Positions 38,198 to 49,143 of a stretch of DNA of 64,000 nt are shown here, one piece after another (position 1 is the first letter of the stretch; each line of letters opens with the position of its first letter). This DNA is from Okamejei kenojei. Lineage: Eukaryota. The notes under the pieces were generated by a model. The model was not told where the DNA came from. It did no database searches and worked only from the letters and a program-made list of their open reading frames with translations. Both the position numbers and the translations under genes were made by a program. Where the stretch lies: NCBI GenBank assembly GCA_035221665.1, contig CM069148.1, positions 11,656,001-11,720,000 of the forward strand. The letters run 5' to 3'.

Positions 38198-41100
38198 GTG
38201 AGATGCAACACTTTTAAAGAGGCTACTTTTCAGTTGTGTCTATTATAGACAGTGATTGGCACTTATGTCATTAAATAAATGTGACATGTATTACATGTGT
38301 TCCAGTACCCAGTGGAGGCCAGAATACTTTCACTGTGATCTCTGAGCCAACAATAATGATGCTAATTGTATCTGTCTTTCAGTGTAAGATGTCATGTGCC
38401 TAATCTTTCTGTGACACACTGTGAAATGTTACAGCAATTCACACACTTGGGAATGCTGTGAATGCAAATATGTCATTCACGAAAAATGACAGACCACCCT
38501 CTTCCTTTCCTTCTCAGCTACTTTTTAAGCTACAGGATGTATATGGGTCTTTTAAAGTACCATTTCAAAATCTCTATACCATGTTTCAAACAGTGAAATA
38601 ATTCACTAAATAATATGATGAGCAAAACCTGTTAAAAGTGAATAGCTAGTGAAGCGGAATAAACAGTTAACATTTGCGGTTTACATTGAATTTGCTTGAG
38701 GAGCAATATCCTGAATCCCAAAATCAAATTAGTACTTTTTAAATTGTTTTGGTAGTTTAAACAATAAATTGGTGAAGAATTGGTTTAGTTGAAGGATTGG
38801 TAATTCTAAGTCCAAATCGATATTAGAAGAACAGCTACTTTGATTTTTATCATGAAGCTGTCTCAGCTAAATTACTGAGTAATCAAATCCATCCTGTGTC
38901 TGTTTAATATATTCAATGTCTACAAATCACTTATAAGCCCAGACATATTTCTTCATCCCCCAACCTTGCTTTATTTCCTAAAAATTCAGTTTAATAGCTG
39001 AGAAAACTTTTAACACTTTCAGTCATTCTGGGTACTGGCATCTAATTAGCATTCCCATTACATGGTTGTTTTGGTGGCAGAGATGCTGCAGCTGGAATGC
39101 TATTGTGCTCTATTCCTCTGTTTGGGGACAAACACTGCTGGGGAAGGAACGTGTGAAAAAGCCACACCATAGTGACTGAAAGAGGGAGGCAGTGTTTTCT
39201 GTAGGCTTCAAGCTGGGTAGCTGTCATTCATGGCCTCCGTACAGCTAAACAGATCAAAAAAGAGAAGACAGAACCACCTTTCAATTTAAAGTCTATTCCT
39301 GCCTTACTTCTATTTAATTTAGGCATTTTATTTTGTCTATATTTTCTTCAAATCAATCACATAAATGTTCCACCATGGTGGAAAGTACATTTTTGCCTCT
39401 TGAATGAGATGTGATCATATACATTTTGAATTAATAAAAGTATTCTGTGAAATGTACAACTGTTACTGATCATTGAATAGACATGCCATTCAACAGTGAT
39501 ACTGGGAAAGATCCCCTTGAGTGCTATAGTATGCCAGTTTCTCTGCAGGAGTATAACTCAACAGGTTCTGTACATTCACAGTCCATTCAATTGCTCGTAG
39601 AGCTTAATATGTCATTTTGGACTACACTGTAAAGTTTATTTCTTTATAAAATGTCAATGAAAATTGTGCTTTATACTTCTGTATTTCTAACACAATCTCA
39701 GAATGAGATTTTTTTTAATGCATGACAACATCATGTCTCGGTTTTATTTCTAAACTTGCCTTTCCTCCTTCAATTTACTGGGTCCGTACAATGCCCAATA
39801 ATTGTTGATCATCTGTTTGAGGTTTTTTTTGTAGTATCAAATTGTCTGCAACTCACGCTCTGTGTTGATGTTTGACTGTTCAAGCTTGGGAATGATAGAC
39901 ATTTTGTGTCAATGTGTTATGCTCGTTTATTCCTCATATTGATTTTTACCTCAAAACAATGATTTTTTTTGCAGCACTTAAGAGTACAATAGAACTAACT
40001 ATACAAAATAAAAGAGAAATAGGAGAAGTACTGGAGAATTTGTGTGCCAATTATTATGAAGTATCCAAGACAGAGGTTTATTTGTAATTAAAATTGGGAA
40101 GATTCTGATTATTTCTTGAAGACCAGGGTAATTCCACAAGGAGAGTGTTCTGAATTATATTAAATTATTCCCTTACAGCTATCTTCTGAAATGGTTTTAA
40201 TTTTTGAATAACTATGCACATCTAACACCAACCATAAAATGAGACACAATTGATATTTATTGAGATAGATCTCATTGAAGTGACAAAATATGGTTTAGTT
40301 TATTTGCAGTAAAATGGTAGATTTTACATATTAGGATTATAGCCATATGTAAAATGAACATAAAAAATATTATAACTTGGCTGATTAAAAATAACTTAAG
40401 AAAAAGTCGAGAATATTGTTTGCATCTGGATGGTGAACTTTCTAGCTTATCTATGTAAAATGCAGTTATGCCATGAAATCATTCCAAATATTTATTTATT
40501 AAAAAAAAAAATTATTTGAACAGGCCATATAATTTTAAAATATGAAGTCATATGTAATAATATATATTAATTAATAAAAATTAGATTTTGTATGTTTTTA
40601 TAAGTTTTTGAATATTATTAATTTCTCTCAATATATTACAATTTATAAATGTTCCTGCCATATATTAGATTATTAATTTTGGCTAATTTATATTCAACAT
40701 TTAAATTTTGTCACCAACTTTCACTATAAAAATATACAACCCGTACTTTCAACATTGGAAGTCTTATTTGGGGGAAACTTGTCAATTTTACTTTTTGTCT
40801 TTATTGAAGGCAAACCGTTTAACTCTAACAACATGAATTTAAATAAGTATTAAGTTTAATTTGTACAGAATGCTATACATTCTTAGGAAGAATTTGAAAA
40901 ATATTTACTTTTCTCTCTTACAATGCATTGTCAGTCTTACTGCAGCAAACTATTAGCATCATTAAAAGAAAATATAATAGTCTGGTGTTAAGATGTCTTG
41001 GAGCTTAGTCTTCACGGGCCATAGAACTGCTGCCTATAATCGGGACTGTTAATGGAACAATCTTTGTTAGACTTGTAAAAGCAGTTTGTGACTTTAACTA

Positions 41101-42815
41101 CAGTATTTGAGGGTGGTTGTTAGGAAGGTGGAAATTAAAATTTATTGATGCTAATTATTTATTTTTGCATATCGAGCTATCAAAGCCATTTATCATTCTG
41201 TTCTCATTTATTATTTTTAAGTGATGCAACAGCGCCTGACTTCAATGTCACGTTGAATTGTGATTAGAAATGCTGGAATGCAACATTGTACTGCAGCGTG
41301 ACCCCTCCTCTCCCCGCCCTGCCAGTACTCCTCCCCCACCTCACCCATCCCTGCTGTCTGGATACACATTTTATGCCCTTGAACATATTCAGTGAAGTTT
41401 CACGATTAAAATTATTTTGAGCAATGCCCTGGGATATTTTTACAATTCTACAGCTGCAGAGGTAGTGATAAAATCTATGTTTCTATGTTTCTTATCACTT
41501 CTGTGCAAGGAACAAGGAAGAAGTGAAATTACTCTCTGACTCAACAACTACGATTTCCAAGGAAGACTGGTACATATGACATTGTCCACTGACTAAACTT
41601 TGCTTGGCTGCACCTAGTGAAAATCTGCCAAAAATCCTACGTGATAAAATGCTTTTTAGAATGAGGAACCACAGGAATTATTGAGTTCCAAGTCAACTAG
41701 CCTGACTCTGATGTTATAGGAAGAGGAGAAAAATTTGGAAAGAACATTTAATAGTTCATCAAAAGAATAATATCAATGAAGAAAATTTTATATCATTTTT
41801 ATGTGCAGTACTATTTACGACACCCGTTCAGAAATTTAAACCTGAAGGAGTCTATCATATGTAAAGTGTTCAGGGACCTATTTTTAAGAGTTATGATTCG
41901 GTGGTATACAAATTATTCTTTGGAGATGACATTAAAAAATGTGTTAGGATTTTAATACACAATCAACCATGTTCATTTGACCCAGTGCTAAAATTCAACC
42001 CGAGACCTCATTAACATGATTAATGTCACCGGTCAATGCTAACTCCAAGTTTAGTGCACAATCAATGGGCCTGATTTCATGAATGGGGTGACATTAAGTG
42101 AAGCTATCTAGCACTGATTGAAAACGCCTGTTACAGGGGAATTGCTTTATGGCTGCAGCTGGTGTGCTAGTTATTTCAAGGGTTTAAGAGTTTGTTGGCA
42201 ATTCAGCTGCAAAGCGTTGAGATTGATTGTCTAAGAAAGTTGTTTAGGCTGAGGTTGATGAGGAGCTGAGAAAGGGAGAATCTTTTGTTTTTCATAGAAT
42301 GTCATGATTTCCTTCAGGCAAATAGTCAAACATTAGTGAGAGGAAGCACCAAAGAAGGTCAATGTCAGGAGTCAAATTCCCAAGACATTGTTCAATGTCC
42401 AAAAAACTAGTGATCTCATGGGCATGGCCAAGGTTGGTGCACCATCAATTATAGTAATACAGATAGTGCAGGAATAAGCAGCAGCGGAATGCTAAATGAA
42501 ACTTTGGTAGTATTTTCCTATTTGTATTTAATGAGGTGGAGATAATCTCTTGTTGCATTTAGTTATTATTTTGCCACATGTGGTACCAATGTTCCTGGCA
42601 TTTTATTAGTATATAAGAAACAAAATGTGCATTAAAGGCAGGTTAGGCTTTATTATAGACATTCTGAAGTCCAACAGACACAAGTTTATTCTGTCCAACG
42701 CATCCACATAAGACAACCTGGCAATTCCAGGTATTATAAAAACGAACATTCTCCAAATTACTTCTAATATGTTTGGAGACAAATATCTGCATGATATTCC
42801 AGATGTAGCCTTAAT

Positions 42816-42960
42816 TTTCTTTTTTCATATGGCGTGCACAGCCTAGTTGTAAGACAACTTGTTCTGTTTGATCTTCTGTTTGATCTTCTGGTTGTGCATG
42901 CCAGGTTGATTGCATTCGTCGAACAGAGTGGACCACGTGAAGGTTGCAATCTCCCATCCT
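42816..42960 (-). mobile_element. Short ribozyme-headed retroposon, copy B
   Basis: Perfect 12-bp TSD TGTAGCCTTAAT at 42804-42815 and 42961-42972; A/GAA-rich tail; homologous to 47060-47201 and 61129-61250. Confidence 0.92.
42908..42960 (-). ncRNA. HDV/CPEB3-like ribozyme fold, copy B
   Basis: AGGATGG GA GATTGCA ACC TTCACGT GGT CCACTCT G TTCGA C GAA TGCAATC: P1 with one mismatch, perfect 7-bp P2, P3 ACC/GGT, catalytic-position C at 42918. Confidence 0.8.
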
Positions 42961-43432
42961 TGTAGCCTTAATAATGCCTTATAATACAGAAGCATAACTT
43001 TAGTGGTATTCTGTTCCTTTTGTGCAGTTTATTCGCTGATCCTCATATCTTGATTAGCTGAATGCTCAAAAATGAGAAACACAAGGGTTTGCTAAATACC
43101 CGACTCCTCATACTGTTGCAATGCCCAGAATGTATAGCTTCTCTGCCTTGATGTTTCAGCATCCACTGAGCGCTTCCCTCTCAGAATTTTGTATGTCTCA
43201 ATGAGATCAGTTCACATTCTTCTAAACTTCAGTAAATTTAGACCATTCTTCTGCAATCTGTCCTCCTTGGCTTACACCCTCATTCTAGAGATAATTCGAC
43301 TGAATCTACATTCCATTGACTCTGGGGAAAGGATCCGTCCTTTGGTGTGGAGGCCAAATCTCCCCATCAAATTTCTATTTTAATGTTGTTCAGATTTTAC
43401 TGCATGCAAACACAGTTTACCCCATTACCAGA

Positions 43433-43790
43433 GTACACAAAGTTCTGAAGTAACTCAGCAGGTCAAGCAGCATCTCTGGAGAGCATGGATAGATGATGTT
43501 TCGGGTCAAGACCTTTCTTCAGAAACATCAGAGGTTTAGCTCTTAGGACTAAAGGAATCAAGGGATATTGGGAAAAAAACAGGAACGGGCTACTGATTTT
43601 GGATGATCAGCCATGATCATATTGAATGGCGGTGCTGGCTCGAAGGGCCGAATGGCCAACTCCTGCACCTATTTTCTATGGTTCTATGTTTCTATCCACA
43701 TTCTCCAGAGATGCTGCCTGACCTGCTGAGTTACTCCAGTATTTTGTGCCCTATTGTGCACTAAGCAGCATCCACAGTTCTTTGTTTCTG
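43433..43790. mobile_element. Penelope-derived foldback element with a CR1 3' tail (~43531-43693, +) inserted in its centre
   Basis: Inverted arms (gtaactcagcaggtcaagcagcatctctggaga / tctccagagatgctgcctgacctgctgagttac) are separated by a CR1 tail ending ttctatggttctatgtttctat. Confidence 0.8.
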
Positions 43791-44338
43791 CATTACTAGA
43801 GAAACTGCATGTTGAATTAAATATTTTGCAATCACACTTGAAGCTTTTGATTGATTGTAAGGTACAATATGGAAACAAGCCCTTCAGTGCTCTGAGTCCA
43901 TGCCGACCATCGATCATCCATTGACATTAGTTCTGTGTTATTCCACTTTTGCATGCACTCCTTACCCACTAGGGGTAATTATCTTATAATCCCTCGTGTA
44001 TTCTGAGTTTACAATGGAAGAAGGATCATTGACATGTAAAGGAAGATTCTGCATAAATTAAAATGGATTTTACAAGGGGAAATATTAATAAGATCGTGTT
44101 TTTCTCATTCAATTCAAGGTTTCATTAATAAATATGCTAAGATCACACAAGATTCCCTTTTCCCTTTTGTAAAACGTTGGTTGTAAAATAGCTGGTGGTT
44201 TTTAGACAAGTTTAACCAATATTAGCTTTTATTTTAAATTGAATTCAAAATCACATGGCGATAGATGAAATTACACTTCAAGTTTACTAGTCCAGTAACA
44301 TGATGGGTCACTACAATTGATAGAAGTCATTACTTAAA

Positions 44339-44569
44339 GTGTAGGAAAGAACTGCAGATGGTGGTTTAAATCAAAGACTCAAAATGCTGGAGTAATTCAG
44401 CGAATCAGGCAGCATCTCTGGAGCAAAGGAATGGGTTGGAGAGAAGAAATGGGTGACGTTTTGGGTCGAGACCCTTAAGAAGGGTTACCCATTTCCTCTC
44501 TCCAACCTGTTCCTTCACTCTAGAGATGCTGCCTAACCGGCTGAGTTACTCCAGCATTTTGCATCTACC
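44339..44569. mobile_element. Penelope-derived foldback element with 14-bp TSD
   Basis: TSD AGTCATTACTTAAA at 44325-44338 and 44570-44583; inverted arms of about 75 bp around a truncated hammerhead centre. Confidence 0.9.
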
Positions 44570-45171
44570 AGTCATTACTTAAATATTTGTTAAGGATGAA
44601 GATATGCCAATGTGAGAGGAAGCAAACAAACCTGCGGATGAGTCTGACGTTACTCCCCACACCCCTGCATCCATAACCCACAATCACTCCCAATCTGATT
44701 TAAGTTCCTCTCCTGATTTGTTTAATCTTCAATTCAGGAAGCCAATGGACGATATTTTGACCTTGGATGTGTGCCCAGAAACAATAGGCTCTGCAAAGAT
44801 GTGTTCAATGTCTTGAGTGAGAGAGAGTGGAAGAAGGGTTGGTCTTCTGAATATTTCTGTTTGGTTCTGTTGAATTTGTCCCGCAGTTTTCCATCAAAGC
44901 AATTTATAATCCCTCATACTTTTATAAGACCACTGATTATTTAGATCCATAAATCTACCACATTGGAGCAGGAGAGGATAATATTAATACTGGTACTTTG
45001 TGGACATATTATTATAGCAACAAAATTAAAATAATATACAGTAGATATTTAAACACTATACTCTTCTTTTTAATTTGTTTTTGCTTTTTTGCTTTGGATA
45101 ATGGTAATTTCTTTGCAAAAGATTTTTACTGCCCATGGCTAAAACATACAGTAACTAAAACAGATCACTTG

Positions 45172-45385
45172 GTTTAGGTTTAGAGATGCAGCGCGGAAAC
45201 AGGCCCTTCAGCCCACCGAGTCCGTGTCGACCAGCGATCCCCGCACGTTAACACTATCCTACACACACTTCGAGGAATTTACATTTATACTGAGCCAATT
45301 AACCTACAAACCTGTACATCTTTGGAGTGTGTGAAGAAACGGAAGATCTCAGAGAAATCTCATGCGGTCGCAGGGAGAATGTACA
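45172..45385 (-). mobile_element. HE1-type SINE 3' portion
   Basis: Reverse complement of the HE1 tail and core (tttagagatgcagcgcggaaacaggccc..aattaacctacaaacctgtac). Confidence 0.85.
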
Positions 45386-45387
45386 TT

Positions 45388-45637
45388 AGAGAGAGAGAGG
45401 GAGAGGGGGACTGGAGAGAGAGAGGGGGGGAGGAGAGAGAGAGGGGTAGGGGAGAGGGGGGGAGGGGGAGGAGAGAGAGGGGGGGGAGGAGAGAGAGANN
45501 NNNNNNNNNNNNNNNNNNNNNNNNNNNNNNNNNNNNNNNNNNNNNNNNNNNNNNNNNNNNNNNNNNNNNNNNNNNNNNNNNNNNNNNNNNNNNNNNNNNN
45601 NNNNNNNNNNNNNNNNNNNNNNNNNNNNNNNNNNNNN
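45388..45637. other. Purine-rich (GA/GGA) simple repeat running into an assembly gap of 139 N (45499-45637)
   Basis: Directly visible in the sequence. Confidence 0.97.
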
Positions 45638-46394
45638 AGATTCCTTCCTTCCATCCAGCCCCTTAATGTTTACCCAGGTCACGGGGAGATGTTGCTACCA
45701 AATGACTTTCAATTATAAACTTCTGGACAAATGCAAGAAAGCAGCTATGCCATATAATACACAATAAACTGTATTACCAATACACAATAAACAAGTTATG
45801 CATTTTGTACTCTTACATGGGTATGACTGTGCATTAAAAAAAAGTCAGCAAAATGGTACCACATAAAAATACAGATTTCCTCAGCAAAATACTGATTTTC
45901 AGGTTTTTAGAATACTGAAATGCTTTGACAAAAATGCTTTGACAAAACTTGGCAGCTCTGAATATATCGTGATATCAGCAAACTACTAAAAGAAACCTAA
46001 AAATCCAGGAGCTAAGGCAGGCCCTTGGACCCCACCCGTCAACTCAGCGTAAGATTTTTCATTTTCAAACATTGGCAGCTATGACATATGTACTTAAGTT
46101 CATGGCAGAAAAGAGCTGTTATGGTGTCAGAGAAGTTAGGACCAACCCATCACCACTATCCAACCTTTCCCAGTCACATCAAGGTCAACCAAATTTGCAC
46201 CAAGTTTTACCTAATACAGTAAAATACATTTAAATCTCTGATTGCTATTTGCATTGCTGTTTAGTGATTAATGTGACTGCAAGATCAGTGCAGAAGTGTG
46301 TAATCAACGCTTTAGCTGCTAAATCTGGACTGTGACCAATCTCCATAATTTCTATGATCTTAACTGCATATTACATTGATATAGGATCACAGAT

Positions 46395-46680
46395 TCATGC
46401 AGAGTGGAAACAGGCCCTTTGGCCCACTGAGTCCACACTGACCATCAATCACCCATTCACACTGGTTCTATGTTATCCCACTTTCTCATCCAGTCCCTAC
46501 ACGTCAGGGGCAATTTACAGCAGCCAATTAACCTATAAATCTGCACGTCTTTGTGATGTGGGAGGAACCCCAAGCGGTCACAGGGAAATTGTGCAAACCC
46601 CATACATACAGCACTCGAGGTCAGTATCAAACCCAGAACTCTATGCACTATGAGGCAGCGACTCTACCAGCTGCTCCACT
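46395..46680 (-). mobile_element. Older HE1-type SINE
   Basis: Reverse-complement match running from the tail (ggaaacaggccctttggcccactgagtcc) to the head (tgaggcagcgactctacc). Confidence 0.8.
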
Positions 46681-47059
46681 GGGTTACCGGTCCCTCCCTT
46701 GTTTTTTGGCATCAGTCCAGAGGAAGTTTGGCTTTGGAGATGGTACAGTGTACATTCATCAGGATGATGCAAGAGCGTAGAGTGTTAAATGATGAGAGCA
46801 AAGACTTGGTTTGCATTTTTGAGTTTAGAAGGTTGAGTACTGAACTAATCAAGATATATAAAAATGTTCAAGGAATCATTCAGGCGGCACAGTGGCGTAG
46901 CGGTAGAGTTGCTGCCTCACAGCACCAGAGACCTGGGTTCGATCCTGACTATGCGTGCTGTCTGTACAGAGTTTGTTTACCTGTGTCCACATGTGTTTTC
47001 TCCGGGTGTTCCAGTTTCCTCCCACATTCCAAAGACATACAGGTTTGTAGGTTAATTGG

Positions 47060-47113
47060 GGGGTGGGGGATTGCAACCTTCACGTGGTCCGCCCTGTTTC
47101 GACGAATGAAATC
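47060..47113 (+). ncRNA. HDV/CPEB3-like ribozyme fold, copy A
   Basis: P1 GGGGTGG(47060-66)/CCGCCCT(47089-95) with a leading G.U pair; P2 GATTGCA(47069-75)/TGAAATC(47107-13, one mismatch); P3 ACC/GGT; L3 TTCACGT; J4/2 C(47103)GAA. Confidence 0.82.
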
Positions 47114-47201
47114 AACCTGGCGTGCACAATCAAGTAAGATCAAATAGACCTAGTTGTCCTACAACTTTAGGCTGTGCACGCCATACGCAAGGAGAAGAAG
47201 A
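47060..47201 (+). mobile_element. Short ribozyme-headed retroposon, copy A
   Basis: TSD AGGTTAATTG at 47049-47058 and 47202-47211 (11 bp with one mismatch if the next base is counted); (GAA)n tail; it splits an HE1 SINE. Confidence 0.93.
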
Positions 47202-47553
47202 AGGTTAATTGACCTTGGTAAGTTGTAAGATTGACCCTGGTGTGTAGGATAGTGTTATTCTACGGGGTGATCGCTAGTCAGTGTGGACTCGGTGTGCCGA
47301 AGGGCCTGTTTCTGCGTTGTATCTCTAAAGTCTAAAGAATTTAACTGGAAAGATGCAGAACAGTGATTTGTTCTGGGGATAGTCCAACATAATCAAGAAA
47401 TATGATCAGGAAACTATTTTCAGCACATTTAGACGTGAGGGGGTCTAGGAAGTTTGACACTTGCTATTCTTGAATTCAATGATGATGAAGCAATTTAAAG
47501 TTTTATGATTCAGGTTGTTAGATTTTTAAGGGGCAAGGATTTCAAGGAAGTAA

Positions 47554-47628
47554 GACAAAAATGCTGGAGAAACTCAGCGGGTGAGGCAGCATCTATGGAG
47601 CGAAGGAAATAACCGAAACCCTTCTTTC
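47554..47628 (-). mobile_element. Penelope-derived terminal fragment with 14-bp TSD, later interrupted by an L1
   Basis: TTTCAAGGAAGTAA at 47540-47553 and 49154-49167. Confidence 0.75.
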
Positions 47629-49143
47629 TTTTTTTCTTTTTTTTTCCTTTTTTCTTTTTTAAAATATTTTTATTTTCTAATTTTTATAAAATAGATAGAC
47701 AAGCGAGTAGAAACAGATAGCAAAAGAAATAAAGGACAGAGATGAGAAGCTAAAAAGATTGAAAGAAAAGGAGAAAGTAGAGAAAAGAGAGAATAGGAGA
47801 GATCTACCTATTTCGTTTTTGTTTTTGCCCATCCGTCACCCAGTTCTAAACCATTTAATTTCTAAGGTTATATTATGTTGCACCATATGCTTGTAAAAAG
47901 TTGATAAAAGGAGACCATGTCTTTAAGAATTGGTCTACTTTGCCTAGTAGGAGGAATCTCATTTCTTCAAGATGTAACGTTTCCGACATATTTGAAATCC
48001 ACATTTTGAATGTTGGCGTGGTTGCGTTTTTCCAAAATTTGAGTACAAGTTTTTTTGCTGTTATTAAACCGTAATTAAGAAAGGTTTCTTGGAATATAGT
48101 TAGTTTACTTCCCTCTTCCATTGATCCAAAGACAATCAGTTCTGTATTGGGTGGGGTTCAATTTTGTGTTAAATAGTTTTGTAAAAATTCCAAAAATGTC
48201 ATTCCAAAATTTATGCAGTTTTGTACAAGAGACAAAGGAATGTGCTCTAGTGGCATTTTGAGTTAGACATTTGTCACAGATGGGGGCAACATTTTAAAAT
48301 ATTTTATTCAGTCTAGTTTTCGAATAATATAATTTATGTAAAATTTTAAATTGAATTAGGTTATGTCTTACATTAATTGAACATTTATTTACATATAATA
48401 GATTTTTTTCCCATCTATCGTTCGGAATTTTTATCAATAACTCTTGTTCCCAGTCCCTTCTAATTGCCTCTGTCATTGGTGTTTCTACATTTAGAATTAT
48501 ATTATATAAGTAAGATATTAAATTGCTTGATTCTGCCTTTCTATTCATTCCTTCCTCTAATAAATCTGGGGTTAGAGTTTGATATCCTTGTGTATATATT
48601 TTCAAATAATCTTGAATTTGAAGATATTTGAAATATTGATTACTTTTCAAATTATATTTTAGTTGTAATTGTTGGAATGATAAAAGTTTTCCCTTTTCAT
48701 ACATATCTCCCATCATTTTAATTCCTATTCTTTCCCATTGATTAAACGTTTTTATCAATAATAGATGAATGATGGATTATTAGCTATTGGAGAAAGAAGC
48801 GATAATTTTCTTGATTTTAAAGTTCATTTTATTTGTTTCCAAATTCATATTATACTGTGAATAATTGGATTCTAATTATATATTATATTGTTCAGTTTCA
48901 TCGGGGAAAGAAGGATCGCTCCTATATTATAAGGGGAACAATCCTCTTTCTCCATTCTTATCCAATCTACCTGTTGGGCAGAACTGTCCAACCAGTAGAT
49001 TATATTTTTAATATTCACTGCCCAATAGTAATACAATAAGTTAGGGAGTGTCAGTCCCCCTGATTCTTTAGATTTACACAAGTGTTTTCTTTGAATTCTG
49101 TGTGATTTATAATCCCATATGAAGTTTATAATATCATATTATT
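47629..49143 (-). mobile_element. 5'-truncated L1-clade LINE (ORF2 C-terminus, 3' UTR, poly-A tail)
   Basis: Frameshifted ORFs KSKESGGLTLPNLLYYYWA, LLSFQQLQLKYNL..FKYLQI, IQFKILHKLYYS, AKKLVLKFWK. T-rich tail on + at ~47625-47660. TSD GAAACCCTTCTTTC at 47615-47628 and 49144-49157. Confidence 0.92.

Larger units (their letters stand above)
46883..47336 (+). mobile_element. Full-length HE1-type SINE, interrupted by ribozyme-retroposon copy A
   Basis: A box TGGCGTAGCGG at 46893-46903, B box GGTTCGATCC at 46936-46945, core, and tail gaagggcctgtttctgcgttgtatctctaaagtctaaa. Confidence 0.9.

Noticed and set aside
39975-40087. Acceptor-like tttttttgcAG followed by a short open frame, as the next DCDC1 exon
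   Set aside because: The required phase-0 frame stops after five codons (CAC TTA AGA GTA CAA TAG). The open frame is phase-incompatible and shows no similarity to DCDC1.
45322-45718. ORFs spanning the N run
   Set aside because: They are artefacts of a purine-rich simple repeat and an assembly gap.
46883-46955. tRNA gene
   Set aside because: The A and B boxes belong to the tRNA-derived head of an HE1 SINE that continues into the SINE core and tail; no acceptor stem closes.
47060-47201. Ribozyme retroposon interpreted as an snRNA, Y RNA or 5S pseudogene, or as a hammerhead
   Set aside because: I see no similarity to U snRNAs, 5S, 7SL or Y RNA, and no CUGANGA core. The pairing pattern fits the HDV topology instead.
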